A DNA stretch of 32,000 nucleotides. Source: Deinococcus radiodurans R1 = ATCC 13939 = DSM 20539 (GTDB taxonomy: Bacteria; Deinococcota; Deinococci; Deinococcales; Deinococcaceae). The stretch is taken from assembly GCF_000008565.1 (NCBI RefSeq), contig NC_001263.1:1860726-1892725 (forward strand). The letters run 5' to 3'. Under the pieces are notes generated by a model. That model searched no databases, was not told where the DNA came from, and saw only the letters and a list, made by a program, of their open reading frames with translations. Below, piece after piece: positions 1-13,679 of this stretch (position 1 is its first letter; each line of letters starts with the position of its first letter). A program made the translations under genes and the position numbers.

Positions 1-382
1 CGGCGCCGGGGCGAATCAGGAAAGGCACGCCTTCTTCGAGCGCCGTTACCTCGGGGCGGGCCGTGCCCCACAGCGGGTCGGGCGGTGACAGTACCTCGCG
101 CGCCACGTTCGCCAGATGTTTCGCCTCGGGGGGGCGGCGCTTGAGGTAGACGCTGCTCAGGCCCGCCGCCTCACCACACTGTGCGGCGAGGTCACGCTCG
201 GCTTCCGCACTCAAATCGGTGTAGAGGCTCAGTATTCCGGCGTCACCGGCCACGTCCAGCGTCCACAGGCCCCCCGTTTCGGTGATGTGCACGGCGCGGA
301 AAAAGGTGGTGCCCGCTCCCGGCAGCCCGGCGCGGCGGTCAAGGGCGCGGGCGAGCAGGTCAGGCACCGGCAAAACAGTCAT
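1..382 (-). CDS. SAM-dependent rRNA methyltransferase (RlmI-like), N-terminal fragment; ORF runs off the left edge
   Basis: Absent from the ORF track because it has no stop in the window. Manual translation from ATG 382..380 gives [65 protein letters not shown]...GVPFLIRPG, open to position 1. Family call is from pattern memory only. Confidence 0.5.
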   Translation of the reverse strand, partial: MTVLPVPDLLARALDRRAGLPGAGTTFFRAVHITETGGLWTLDVAGDAGILSLYTDLSAEAERDLAAQCGEAAGLSSVYLKRRPPEAKHLANVAREVLSPPDPLWGTARPEVTALEEGVPFLIRPGA

Positions 383-388
383 TCCCGG

Positions 389-394
389 ATTGTA
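389..394 (-). promoter_or_regulatory. -10 box TACAAT, leaderless type
   Basis: TACAAT-N6-ATG(382); no Shine-Dalgarno. Confidence 0.4.
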
Positions 395-411
395 CGCAGT
401 GACGGGAGGGC

Positions 412-440
412 AAAGAAAAAGCCGGAGCTGTGGCCCCGGC
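412..440 (-). terminator. Putative intrinsic terminator after mraY
   Basis: Imperfect GC hairpin GCCGG..CCGGC (421..440) followed on the minus strand by TTTTTCTTT; 34 nt downstream of the mraY stop. Confidence 0.4.
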
Positions 441-473
441 CTGTTCATCTTCTCTGGTGCTCAGGTCTGGTGC

Positions 474-1412
474 TCAGGGCCGCCCGCCCATCAACCACCA
501 CGTCAGCGCGGTGGCGATGCCGGTCACGACCCAGAAACGCAGGGTGACGTGCGTTTCGGGCCAGCCGCTGAGCTCGAAGTGGTGCTGAATGGGGCTCATC
601 TTGAACACCTTGCGCTTTCGCAGCCGCACCGAGGCGACCTGAATCACCACGCTGAGCACCGCCGCCACCGGAATAATCGCGGCAATCGGCAGCAGCCACA
701 CGTCCGAGTACAGCGCGTAGGCACCCGCCGCGACCGCGCCGATGGCGTGGCTGCCCATGTCGCCCATAAACACGCGGGCGGGGTGGGCATTGAACCACAG
801 GAACCCGAGCAGCACGGCCACCATCAGCGCGGCGATGGGCGAGACGGCGACGAGCGGCAGCAGCACGATCATGCCGACCCCAGCGAGCAGCCCGTCGAGG
901 CCGTCGGTGAAGTTGAAGGCGTTGACGCTCCCCACCATCACAAAGGCGATGAACAGCATGTCGAAGATGGGGTAACCGCCGATGGACATGAAACCGGGCA
1001 GCAGTTGGTGGCTGGCGAGCGGCGCCGCGAAGCCCGCAAACAGCAGCGCGACAAGCACCTGCAAGGGGAATTTCTCGCGGGCAAGCAGTTCCTTTTTGCC
1101 GCCGAACTTGCGCGAACGGATTTTCAGAAAATCGTCGATGCCGCCCACCACGCCCATGCCGAGTGCGGCGAGCAGAATCATCACCTCGCGGCTGAGGTTC
1201 GCCTGTCCGATGCCGCCGAAGGCCAGCAGCCCCACGAACACCAGCAGCAGCGCCAGCACAAACGCCACGCCGCCCGCCGTGGGGGTGCCTTCCTTGGCGA
1301 GGTGGGTCTGCGGCCCGTCCTGGCGAATCGGCTGGCCCCAGCCGAACTTCTTGCTGTAGTGAATAAACAGCCCCAGCAAAAACCACGACAGCAGCGCCGC
1401 CACGACCATCAT
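474..1412 (-). CDS. mraY: Phospho-N-acetylmuramoyl-pentapeptide transferase
   Basis: 312 aa polytopic membrane ORF; MraY-like segments [63 protein letters not shown]. Confidence 0.95.
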   Translation of the reverse strand: MMVVAALLSWFLLGLFIHYSKKFGWGQPIRQDGPQTHLAKEGTPTAGGVAFVLALLLVFVGLLAFGGIGQANLSREVMILLAALGMGVVGGIDDFLKIRSRKFGGKKELLAREKFPLQVLVALLFAGFAAPLASHQLLPGFMSIGGYPIFDMLFIAFVMVGSVNAFNFTDGLDGLLAGVGMIVLLPLVAVSPIAALMVAVLLGFLWFNAHPARVFMGDMGSHAIGAVAAGAYALYSDVWLLPIAAIIPVAAVLSVVIQVASVRLRKRKVFKMSPIQHHFELSGWPETHVTLRFWVVTGIATALTWWLMGGRP

Positions 1413-1555
1413 GGGCGCACCCGCCGGGCAGCGGCCCGGTCCCCGAGCAGAACAGAAGGCAACGTCATCTCAGTGACGAAGCCTACCATGAGGGGGTGCG
1501 CTTCCTCGGATGAGAGGTGGGCGCGGGGACTTTCGCCACCCAGCCCCCCCGGCCC

Positions 1556-2914
<1,359 letters not shown>

Positions 2915-2923
2915 AGTGCGGGC

Positions 2924-2929
2924 AGGCTA
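2924..2929 (-). promoter_or_regulatory. -10 box TAGCCT upstream of ffh
   Basis: TAGCCT-N9-ATG(2914); no Shine-Dalgarno. Confidence 0.3.
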
Positions 2930-3004
2930 GCACGGGGGTTCGGCCCGCAAAGAAAGCCGGGACGCTGACGCAGGCGCGGGTGCTGCGGCGAGGCCAGGGA
3001 CAGC

Positions 3005-3547
3005 TCAGGACGAAGCGAGCAGGTCCAGGGGCGGCGAAACCAGGCCGTGCTGCTCGGTGTCGGTCAACGCGGGAATGTAAAGGTCGTTGGGCATGACGTA
3101 CACCAGTTGATGCCCCAGGCGCAGGACCAGTTGCATGCCGTGTTCCTCTTCCCAGGTGGGCAGGGTATGCACCAGCACGTACGGCACTTCCGGCTCATTG
3201 GAGGAGGAACAGACGAGCACTTCGCGTGGGGTGACCTGCGCCCAGAGGTCTTCGGGGGACTGAGCGGCAGCCAGCCGTTCCTCCATTTCCTCCTCGTCGC
3301 AGACGTACTCGAGATTGAAGCGCATGTCGCTGAGCACAAATGGACTGACGCGCTCACGGGCCTGCTGGCCCAGACTCAGGAAGGTCAGGGCAGCGGCCTG
3401 CGCCTGCGCCCACTTTTCGCCTGCCGGGTCTGCCTCAAAGGCAAAGGGCAGCGCCTCACCGCCGAAGAAGGGAACGGGCAGCGGTTCGGTGGCCCACCAG
3501 CCGTCCTCCTGACGTTCAAGCGAAGCGAAGTGCGGGTGCAGGTCCAT
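3005..3547 (-). CDS. Hypothetical cytoplasmic protein (180 aa), possibly immunity-protein-like
   Basis: The track ORF 3005..3772 is trimmed to the internal ATG at 3547 (MDLHPHFASLERQEDGWW...). The upstream 75 codons are read-through of the repeat at 3605..3755, and a full promoter sits directly upstream of 3547. Confidence 0.6.
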   Translation of the reverse strand: MDLHPHFASLERQEDGWWATEPLPVPFFGGEALPFAFEADPAGEKWAQAQAAALTFLSLGQQARERVSPFVLSDMRFNLEYVCDEEEMEERLAAAQSPEDLWAQVTPREVLVCSSSNEPEVPYVLVHTLPTWEEEHGMQLVLRLGHQLVYVMPNDLYIPALTDTEQHGLVSPPLDLLASS

Positions 3548-3553
3548 GCTGAG

Positions 3554-3582
3554 GTTGTACTTCGGGCGGTGGGGCACGTCAA
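3554..3582 (-). promoter_or_regulatory. Sigma70-type promoter, leaderless
   Basis: TTGACG(3582..3577)-N17-TACAAC(3559..3554)-N6-ATG(3547). Confidence 0.5.
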
Positions 3583-3604
3583 GAGAGCTGGCCCCCTCCC
3601 CCTT

Positions 3605-3752
3605 TAGAGCATTTGACAAAAAGATGGCACAGCTTTTTGGCGAGCGAAGCGAGTACAAAACACCGAGCAGGACGGACTTGCAAAGCTGCGAAGCAGAGAA
3701 TGGAGCGGGTGGCGGCGCCGCTGCCGACACCCGCGTAATTCGGAGAACTGCT

Positions 3753-3755
<3 letters not shown>
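3605..3755 (+). repeat. MITE-like small noncoding repeat, family A, copy 1 (151 bp)
   Basis: TAGAGCATTTGACAAAAAGATGGC...CGCGTAATTCGGAGAACTGCTCTA. Near-identical copies at 7711..7879 (inverted) and 19262..19391. Short inverted termini TAGAGCA/TGCTCTA; no coding capacity. Confidence 0.85.
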
Positions 3756-6053
<2,298 letters not shown>

Positions 6054-6059
6054 CGAATC

Positions 6060-6065
6060 AGCATA
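6060..6065 (-). promoter_or_regulatory. -10 box TATGCT, leaderless type (relA)
   Basis: TATGCT-N6-ATG(6053); no Shine-Dalgarno. Confidence 0.4.
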
Positions 6066-6214
6066 AGGCTTTGCCCGCCGCCCTATTCGGTGGTGTCTCA
6101 CATCAGCGGGAGCCAACGCGGCGCGTCTGCCCAGCGAGCGAGACGCGCCATAAAAAAAGCCCAGCCAGCGGGCAAGACTTCAGGGGTGGGAAGGATTGTC
6201 AGAAAAGAAGGCAA

Positions 6215-6325
6215 TTAACGGCGTTCGCGGGTGCGAACCGGGATGGGCACCGGCTGTGGCCGTGGCTCACCCAGCCCCGTCAGGACGCCGCGCAGCCACT
6301 CCAGAAATTCACTCAGACCTTTCAC
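6215..6325 (-). CDS. Candidate small ORF (36 aa), speculative
   Basis: GTG start preceded by TAAACT-N6. Encodes VKGLSEFLEWLRGVLTGLGEPRPQPVPIPVRTRERR and is followed on the minus strand by a weak hairpin plus T7 (about 6152..6173). Below the ORF-track size cutoff. Confidence 0.2.
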   Translation of the reverse strand: MKGLSEFLEWLRGVLTGLGEPRPQPVPIPVRTRERR

Positions 6326-6486
6326 GTCCCCAGTTTAGAAAATAAATCTGGGACGCAGATGGAAGCCACATGACCGCTGCTTCATACGCCGGGCAGCTGA
6401 CTTTTTCCACTTCTCATCTCTCTACCTGCGACCCTCACGACCTTCACGGGTGTTTTACTGAGTTCCTGGCCAGTGGACGGGCGCGT

Positions 6487-6492
6487 TACTCT
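6487..6492 (+). promoter_or_regulatory. -10 box TACTCT, leaderless type (FKBP gene)
   Basis: TACTCT-N6-ATG(6499). Confidence 0.4.
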
Positions 6493-6498
6493 CGGCGC

Positions 6499-6828
<330 letters not shown>

Positions 6829-6843
6829 GACACGCAGCAAGAA

Positions 6844-6881
6844 CCCGGCCCCTCCTCATTTGGAAGGGTCCGGGCTTTTTT
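6844..6881. terminator. Intrinsic terminator between convergent FKBP and acidic-protein genes
   Basis: Stem CCCGGcCCCT / AGGGtCCGGG followed by TTTTTT (6876..6881). Confidence 0.6.
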
Positions 6882-6901
6882 GATGCCTTGTTAGCCGGTT
6901 T

Positions 6902-7132
6902 TTAGCGCTTGTCCGAGCCTTCGAGCGGCGCGTCGAGCACGTTGGTGTCGTCTTCCACGTAGTCGCCCTGCTCGTCGAGCATCCCGCCGGGTTCCACGCC
7001 AATGTCGGGGTTGCCGGGGCTGTCCTGCACGACGCCCGACTGCGGGGTGGGGAACTTGGTGGCGCTCTCCGAGTCGGTGCTGTGGTTCTCCTGGGGAATG
7101 TCAACTTGCTCGTCGCTGCGGTGTCCAGTCAT
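6902..7132 (-). CDS. Small acidic, predicted disordered protein (76 aa)
   Basis: MTGHRSDEQVDIPQENHSTDSESATKFPTPQSGVVQDSPGNPDIGVEPGGMLDEQGDYVEDDTNVLDAPLEGSDKR. ATG 7132 is preceded by TAGATT-N7. No recognisable family. Confidence 0.5.
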   Translation of the reverse strand: MTGHRSDEQVDIPQENHSTDSESATKFPTPQSGVVQDSPGNPDIGVEPGGMLDEQGDYVEDDTNVLDAPLEGSDKR

Positions 7133-7139
7133 GGCGGGC

Positions 7140-7145
7140 AATCTA
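7140..7145 (-). promoter_or_regulatory. -10 box TAGATT, leaderless type
   Basis: TAGATT-N7-ATG(7132). Confidence 0.35.
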
Positions 7146-7222
7146 GTACGTCGCCGTGCGGGGCAGGTGTGCTGGGCTTCAGCACAGGTTTAGAGGCGTG
7201 CAGGCGCCAGGAACCCGGCTGC

Positions 7223-7228
7223 TACACT
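7223..7228 (+). promoter_or_regulatory. -10 box TACACT, leaderless type (DoxX gene)
   Basis: TACACT-N7-ATG(7236). Confidence 0.4.
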
Positions 7229-7235
7229 TTTCGCT

Positions 7236-7691
7236 ATGCCCCGTCAACCAGAAATCGGTCTCGCCCTGCTCCGGCTGGTGCTGGGTGTGGTGTTCGTGGC
7301 CCACGGACTTCAGGCAATGGCCTGGGGCGACCTCGGGCCGCTGGTCGAGCAGTTCCGGGCCTGGCATATTCCCCACCCGCTGCTCGCGGCGCCGCTGGTC
7401 GCCACCATCGAAACGGTCGGAGGCGTGCTGCTGTTTCTCGGCCTCGCCGCCCGCACGGTGGCCTTCTTGCTGAGCTGCATCATGTTCGGCGCCATCTGGT
7501 ATGTCCACTGGGGCCGCAGCTTCTTCGCGCCCGCCGGCCTGGAACTGCCGCTGCTGCTGCTGGGAGGCAGCCTCGCCATCATGTTCGGTGGCCCCGGCTA
7601 CCCGTCCATGGACCGGGTCAACTACCGCCTCCCGTCTTTTGGGCGCACCACGACGCGCGTTTATGAGCAGGACGGCCCGCCCCGGCTTTAA
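7236..7691 (+). CDS. DoxX family membrane protein
   Basis: 151 aa with about 4 TM segments; LLRLVLGVVFVAHGLQ... is typical of DoxX N-termini. Confidence 0.8.
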   Translation: MPRQPEIGLALLRLVLGVVFVAHGLQAMAWGDLGPLVEQFRAWHIPHPLLAAPLVATIETVGGVLLFLGLAARTVAFLLSCIMFGAIWYVHWGRSFFAPAGLELPLLLLGGSLAIMFGGPGYPSMDRVNYRLPSFGRTTTRVYEQDGPPRL

Positions 7692-7710
7692 GGGCGGGGC
7701 CCTCTCCAAC

Positions 7711-7879
7711 TAGAGCAGTTCTCCGAATTACGCGTGTGTCGGAACAGCACCGCCACCCGCTCCATTCTCTGCTTCGCAGCTTTGCAAGTCCGTTCTGCTC
7801 GTTGGTTTGCACTCGCTCTCTTCGAGCTGTACCAGTCCGCTCGCCAAAAAGCTGTGCCATCTTTTTGTCAAATGCTCTA
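7711..7879 (-). repeat. MITE-like small noncoding repeat, family A, copy 2 (169 bp, inverted relative to copy 1)
   Basis: The reverse complement aligns end to end with copy 1, apart from an 18-nt insertion after GGCGAGCG. Same TAGAGCA/TGCTCTA termini. Confidence 0.85.
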
Positions 7880-8293
7880 AAAGCGCAGCTCCAGCCCCAC
7901 TCCAGCCCCGAGCTGCCCGCTGAGCGTGCTACGGGCGTAGGCGCGCCAGCCGACCGGCCCCAGGACCGGCCCGCGCAGGCCGCCCTCGGCGTAGAGGTTG
8001 AGGCCCTGGCGGTACTCGGCGCCCGCACTGGCAAAGGCGTCCACCTTCGTCAGAGGCAGATTGAGGTCGCGCAGAGTCACGCCCAACGCGTAACGGTTTT
8101 TGCCCTGCCAGCCTTTCTCCGCGCTGCCCTCGACACCCAGCGCCCCCAGGCGCGGCACCGCGACCAGCGAGCTGCCCACCCGCACGCCGTAGCCGGCGCT
8201 TCCCGTCTCGGCGCCGGCCCAGGTGGTCGCGCCCGCCACGCCGAGGGAGGACATCAGAGCCAGAACCGCCGCCATCTGCCAAACCTGTTGCAT
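7877..8293 (-). CDS. Small secreted beta-barrel-like (outer-membrane type) protein
   Basis: 138 aa; signal peptide MQQVWQMAAVLALMSSLGVAGA; Gly-rich alternating pattern; C-terminal GLELRF (aromatic terminal residue typical of OMP beta-signals). Confidence 0.55.
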   Translation of the reverse strand: MQQVWQMAAVLALMSSLGVAGATTWAGAETGSAGYGVRVGSSLVAVPRLGALGVEGSAEKGWQGKNRYALGVTLRDLNLPLTKVDAFASAGAEYRQGLNLYAEGGLRGPVLGPVGWRAYARSTLSGQLGAGVGLELRF

Positions 8294-8299
8294 GGGTGC

Positions 8300-8305
8300 A
8301 GGCTA
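8300..8305 (-). promoter_or_regulatory. -10 box TAGCCT, leaderless type
   Basis: TAGCCT-N6-ATG(8293). Confidence 0.4.
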
Positions 8306-8351
8306 GGGCGCGGGAGCTGACGGGGGATGAGGGAAGCGGCGGCCCTAAGCC

Positions 8352-9203
8352 TCAGCCGTTGAGCCGCACTTCGGCCACCTTCGCCAGCAGGCGGAAGGTC
8401 TGGAAGAGGTGATAGGCGTTCTCGCTCTCCCAGCCGACGGTCACGGCGTCCACGCGGGTCACGCCCGGCACCCGTTCGCAGGCGTCGGCGCGGGCCTGAT
8501 GGTCGAAAGAAAGCTGGCAGGGCGCGGGCCAGCGGGTGGTGTAGGGCGCGAGCGAGGCGGCGCGGCGCACTCCGGCTTCGGCTCCGGCGCGGATGCGGCG
8601 CACGGCTTCGGCGGGGTGAAGGTGAATGGCGGCAAAACTGCTCAGCCCTTCCTTGACCGCCACCGTTTCGACTCCCTCGCCCAGTTCGGCGCGGATTTCG
8701 CCCATCGCCACGTCGTCGCCCGAGGCGAAGGCCACCGGCACTCCGTAGTGCCCAGCGAGCAGGGCGTTGAGGCCATATTCGCCAGTGTCCACGCCGCCGA
8801 TGCGGACATTACGAATAAAGCCGTTCCAGGTGTGCGCCAGCGGCCCGCGCATACTACCGGCGCGGGCGTGCGAGCCGACAAGCAGCAGCGCGCCCACACC
8901 TTCTTCCTGCACGCCCTGCACCATGCTCAGCGGCTTGTCGTTGCCCGTCGTGTAACGCACCCGTTCGGGCAGCAGCTCGGGCAAGAGGTTGCGCATGGTG
9001 TCGTGGCTGTCGTTGACCAGCACGTCGCTCGCGCCCGCCGCGAAGGCGCCCTCGGCAGCGGCGGCGGCCTCACGGGTCATCTGAACGCGGGCCTTTTCGT
9101 ACTCCGCGCCGTTGACCAGACCCCCGAACTCGGGCGGGCTGACCTGCACCCACGACGCCACGCCGCACACGCCTTCCATATCCACGCTGATAACGACTTT
9201 CAT
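8352..9203 (-). CDS. D-aminopeptidase DppA-like (peptidase M55 family)
   Basis: 283 aa; the N-terminus MKVVISVDMEGVCGV and overall layout are typical of M55/DppA. Confidence 0.85.
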   Translation of the reverse strand: MKVVISVDMEGVCGVASWVQVSPPEFGGLVNGAEYEKARVQMTREAAAAAEGAFAAGASDVLVNDSHDTMRNLLPELLPERVRYTTGNDKPLSMVQGVQEEGVGALLLVGSHARAGSMRGPLAHTWNGFIRNVRIGGVDTGEYGLNALLAGHYGVPVAFASGDDVAMGEIRAELGEGVETVAVKEGLSSFAAIHLHPAEAVRRIRAGAEAGVRRAASLAPYTTRWPAPCQLSFDHQARADACERVPGVTRVDAVTVGWESENAYHLFQTFRLLAKVAEVRLNG

Positions 9204-9210
9204 AAGACCG

Positions 9211-9216
9211 AGGGTA
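9211..9216 (-). promoter_or_regulatory. -10 box TACCCT, leaderless type
   Basis: TACCCT-N7-ATG(9203). Confidence 0.35.
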
Positions 9217-9239
9217 AAGGCTCGGAGACTGCCCGTGCC

Positions 9240-9245
9240 TACAAT
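9240..9245 (+). promoter_or_regulatory. -10 box TACAAT, leaderless type
   Basis: TACAAT-N5-ATG(9251). Confidence 0.45.
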
Positions 9246-9250
9246 GACGT

Positions 9251-9532
9251 ATGCCAGAACCCCGCAAGAACGCAGACCAGGGCCGCTACGAACTCACCGA
9301 CGGCGGCCAGATCGTCGGTTTCGCTGAGTACCAGGACCAGGGCGACACCGTGGTCCTGCCGCACACCGAAGTCAGCGCCGGGCACGAGGGCGAGGGCCTG
9401 GGCAGCCAGCTCGCGCAGTTTGCGCTGAACGACATCCGGCAAGCGGGCAAAAAGGTCGTGCCGACGTGCCCCTTCATTCGTAGCTACATCGAGAAGCACC
9501 CAGAATATGCGGATCTGGTGGCACAGGGCTGA
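9251..9532 (+). CDS. Small GNAT-like N-acetyltransferase (YjdJ type)
   Basis: 93 aa; GEGLGSQLAQFALNDIRQAGKKVVPTCPFIRSYIEKHPEY matches the short GNAT family. Confidence 0.8.
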   Translation: MPEPRKNADQGRYELTDGGQIVGFAEYQDQGDTVVLPHTEVSAGHEGEGLGSQLAQFALNDIRQAGKKVVPTCPFIRSYIEKHPEYADLVAQG

Positions 9533-9569
9533 AAGTGACACAGGGCTGAAGACGGACCAGAACAGAACC

Positions 9570-9611
9570 AGAGCGCGGCGACGGGAGCACCCTGTCTGCC
9601 GCGCTCTTTTG
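9570..9611. terminator. Bidirectional intrinsic terminator
   Basis: Perfect 10-bp stem AGAGCGCGGC / GCCGCGCTCT followed by TTTT; lies between convergent genes. Confidence 0.65.
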
Positions 9612-9620
9612 AGTGCGAGG

Positions 9621-10169
9621 TCAAGCCATGAGGCGAAGAGTGCGGCGGAGCTTCTGGTCCTTCTCCCAGAACTGGGCGGCGTGCCACACCAGCGCCCCGG
9701 CGAGAAGGGCGTAAACCCACGCCGGCGAAACGCCGAGCAGCTGCGGCAGGTAGAAGGTCACGTTGAGGGCGTTCACGAGAACACCCAGCAACAGCAAAAC
9801 GCCGTCCTGCCGCAGAGGGTGGAGGCGCCAGGACAGGCCATAGCCCAGGGCATAGAGCAGTGCCGCCGCGACCAGCGGACCCGAAGGATGAGTCCAGGCC
9901 ATCCAGCCCAGCATCAGAGCGCAGACAATGTGCAACCAGCGCAGGTCGGGCCGCTGTGGAGACATCAACTGCTCCCACTCCTTGCGCGTGACATAGAGCT
10001 TTTTCAGGGCCACTGTCATGTCCTCCGGCGACCCCAGCACCGGGTCAACGTCTGCCCCCGCGTCCAGTTCCGCATCGTCCAGATGTTCCCAGGTATCCCG
10101 CCTGACGCGCTCAGCGACGGCTTCAGGCAAGTCAGCAGTAGCGATTCTCAGCCAGCTTTCTGCATTCAT
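9621..10169 (-). CDS. PadR-associated membrane protein (possible sensor partner)
   Basis: 182 aa; soluble N-terminal helix region then 3-4 TM segments; start overlaps the padR stop (ATGA). Confidence 0.65.
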   Translation of the reverse strand: MNAESWLRIATADLPEAVAERVRRDTWEHLDDAELDAGADVDPVLGSPEDMTVALKKLYVTRKEWEQLMSPQRPDLRWLHIVCALMLGWMAWTHPSGPLVAAALLYALGYGLSWRLHPLRQDGVLLLLGVLVNALNVTFYLPQLLGVSPAWVYALLAGALVWHAAQFWEKDQKLRRTLRLMA

Positions 10170-10480
10170 ACGGTATCCCCCAGGACATGACGAACGGCGC
10201 GAGTTTCCTGCTCCCAGGCCCGGCGGGAACGCGCTAGGGCCCGTCTCCCCTGCTCGGTCAAGCGGTATTCCCGCCGGGTACGCCCGCCGACCTGTTGCTC
10301 GGCACTGACGACCAGGCCCTCAGCTTCGAGCGCGTGGAGCACGGGATACAGCAGGCCCTCACGCGCCGTAAGCAACCCCTCCGAACGCGCCTGGATGGCC
10401 TGCGCGATGGCGTAGCCGTGCTCCGGCTGCCGGGCGAGCACTGCCAGCACCAGCATGCGAAGTTGCTCGGTGCGGTTCAT
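10166..10480 (-). CDS. PadR family transcriptional regulator
   Basis: 104 aa winged-helix protein; LRMLVLAVLARQPEHGYAIAQAI...GLLYPVLHALEAEGLV...GRTRREYRLTEQG. Confidence 0.92.
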   Translation of the reverse strand: MNRTEQLRMLVLAVLARQPEHGYAIAQAIQARSEGLLTAREGLLYPVLHALEAEGLVVSAEQQVGGRTRREYRLTEQGRRALARSRRAWEQETRAVRHVLGDTV

Positions 10481-10486
10481 GGAATG

Positions 10487-10509
10487 AGTATACCTCTGAA
10501 ACAGAGGTA
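10487..10509 (-). promoter_or_regulatory. padR leaderless promoter plus palindromic candidate operator
   Basis: TATACT(10492..10487)-N6-ATG(10480). The perfect palindrome TACCTCTG-AAA-CAGAGGTA (10491..10509) abuts and overlaps the -10 box. Confidence 0.5.
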
Positions 10510-10518
10510 ACTGAGCAC

Positions 10519-10564
10519 AAAAAAGCGTGGCACCTGAGGGACTGGCCCCAGCGCCGCGCTTTTC
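10519..10564 (-). terminator. Intrinsic terminator after the glgB operon
   Basis: Long imperfect GC hairpin (10525..10559) flanked by A6 and T4 on the plus strand, which is hairpin plus T6 on the minus strand. Confidence 0.5.
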
Positions 10565-10573
10565 GCTTGCTTT

Positions 10574-10842
10574 CTATTGCCCGTTGCTCGCCACCCAGAA
10601 AATCAGGGCAATCAACAGCAGGTCTACCGCCCAGCTCGCGGGCCGTTTGAGCCGTTCGTCCTTCTGCGCCCGGAACACCTGCACCCCCAGCCGGGCGAAC
10701 AGCAGCCCCGCGATCAGGTACGGACTCGGCGCCGCGCCCCCGCTCAGCAGCGGCCAGAGCAGCAGCCCCGCCAGCACCAGCAGGAGCAGCAAGCTGACGG
10801 CGCTCAGCGGGTCGGGGCCAGAACTCCGAGAACCGGGGCGGC

Positions 10843-10846
<4 letters not shown>
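10574..10846 (-). CDS. Small hydrophobic membrane protein (about 90 aa), start uncertain
   Basis: Three hydrophobic segments; TTG start overlaps the glgB stop by 4 nt; no family recognised. Confidence 0.4.
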
Positions 10847-12960
<2,114 letters not shown>

Positions 12961-12966
12961 GCGGCG

Positions 12967-12972
12967 AGTCTA
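12967..12972 (-). promoter_or_regulatory. -10 box TAGACT, leaderless type (glgB)
   Basis: TAGACT-N6-ATG(12960). Confidence 0.4.
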
Positions 12973-13094
12973 CGGCGCAGCCTTGCTCCCGGCGCCTGTC
13001 CCCTCTGCCCCGTCGCCCATCTCTAAAGCTGTTTTAAATCCGCTTTCCGGTCCCTATCGTGGGGTGGCATCCCCTCGGGGAGCACGGCGCGCCG

Positions 13095-13100
13095 CACAAT
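13095..13100 (+). promoter_or_regulatory. -10-like CACAAT, leaderless type (msrA)
   Basis: CACAAT-N6-ATG(13107). Confidence 0.3.
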
Positions 13101-13106
13101 AGCAGC

Positions 13107-13679
13107 ATGACCCAGCAAACGAATTCCCAGGGGACTCAGCCCGGCGCGGCTCAGGAACAGGCCATCTTCGCGGGCGGCTGCTTCTGGTGCACCGAGGCCG
13201 TGATGCAGGACCTGCGCGGCGTGCAAAAGGTCGAGAGCGGCTACATCGGCGGTACGGTGCCCAATCCCGATTACCGCTCGGTGTGCGGCGGGCAGACCGG
13301 GCACGCCGAGGCGGTGCGCGTGACCTTTGACCCGAACCAGATCAGCTACCGCGACCTGCTGGGGCTGTTTTTCGCCACCCACGACCCCACCAGCCTCAAC
13401 CGCCAGGGCGCCGACGTGGGCACCCAGTACCGCAGCGCCCTGTTTCCGCTGACCCAGGAGCAGGAACAGACGGCCCGCGAAATGATCGAGCAGCTCGGCA
13501 CCGAGGACGTGTTCGGGCGGCCCATCGTGACCAGCATCGAACCGGCGAGCACCTTCTACGTTGCCGAGGACTACCACCAGAACTACTACAAGAACAACCC
13601 CGGCCAGGGCTACTGCATGGCCGTCATCTCGCCCAAGGTCGCCAAGCTGCGCCAGTACTACGGCGACAAACTCCGCTGA
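13107..13679 (+). CDS. msrA: Peptide methionine (S)-S-oxide reductase
   Basis: [10 protein letters not shown] active-site motif and a full MsrA fold. The start may instead be the GTG at 13059 (track ORF). Confidence 0.93.
   Translation: MTQQTNSQGTQPGAAQEQAIFAGGCFWCTEAVMQDLRGVQKVESGYIGGTVPNPDYRSVCGGQTGHAEAVRVTFDPNQISYRDLLGLFFATHDPTSLNRQGADVGTQYRSALFPLTQEQEQTAREMIEQLGTEDVFGRPIVTSIEPASTFYVAEDYHQNYYKNNPGQGYCMAVISPKVAKLRQYYGDKLR

Noticed and set aside
1413-1555. 143-bp ffh-mraY spacer and other intergenic regions, scanned for tRNA, SRP RNA or other structured RNA genes
   Set aside because: I could recognise no cloverleaf-compatible arms, no conserved tRNA T-loop (GGTTCGAAT-like) box and no SRP RNA domain IV motif. 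There is only a weak hairpin without a T tract.
6120-6157. Perfect 9-bp hairpin GGCGCGTCT/AGACGCGCC followed by A7, considered as a plus-strand terminator
   Set aside because: On the plus strand it is followed by A residues rather than T, and no plus-strand gene ends here. On the minus strand the T-run precedes it. I kept it only as part of the spacer finding.
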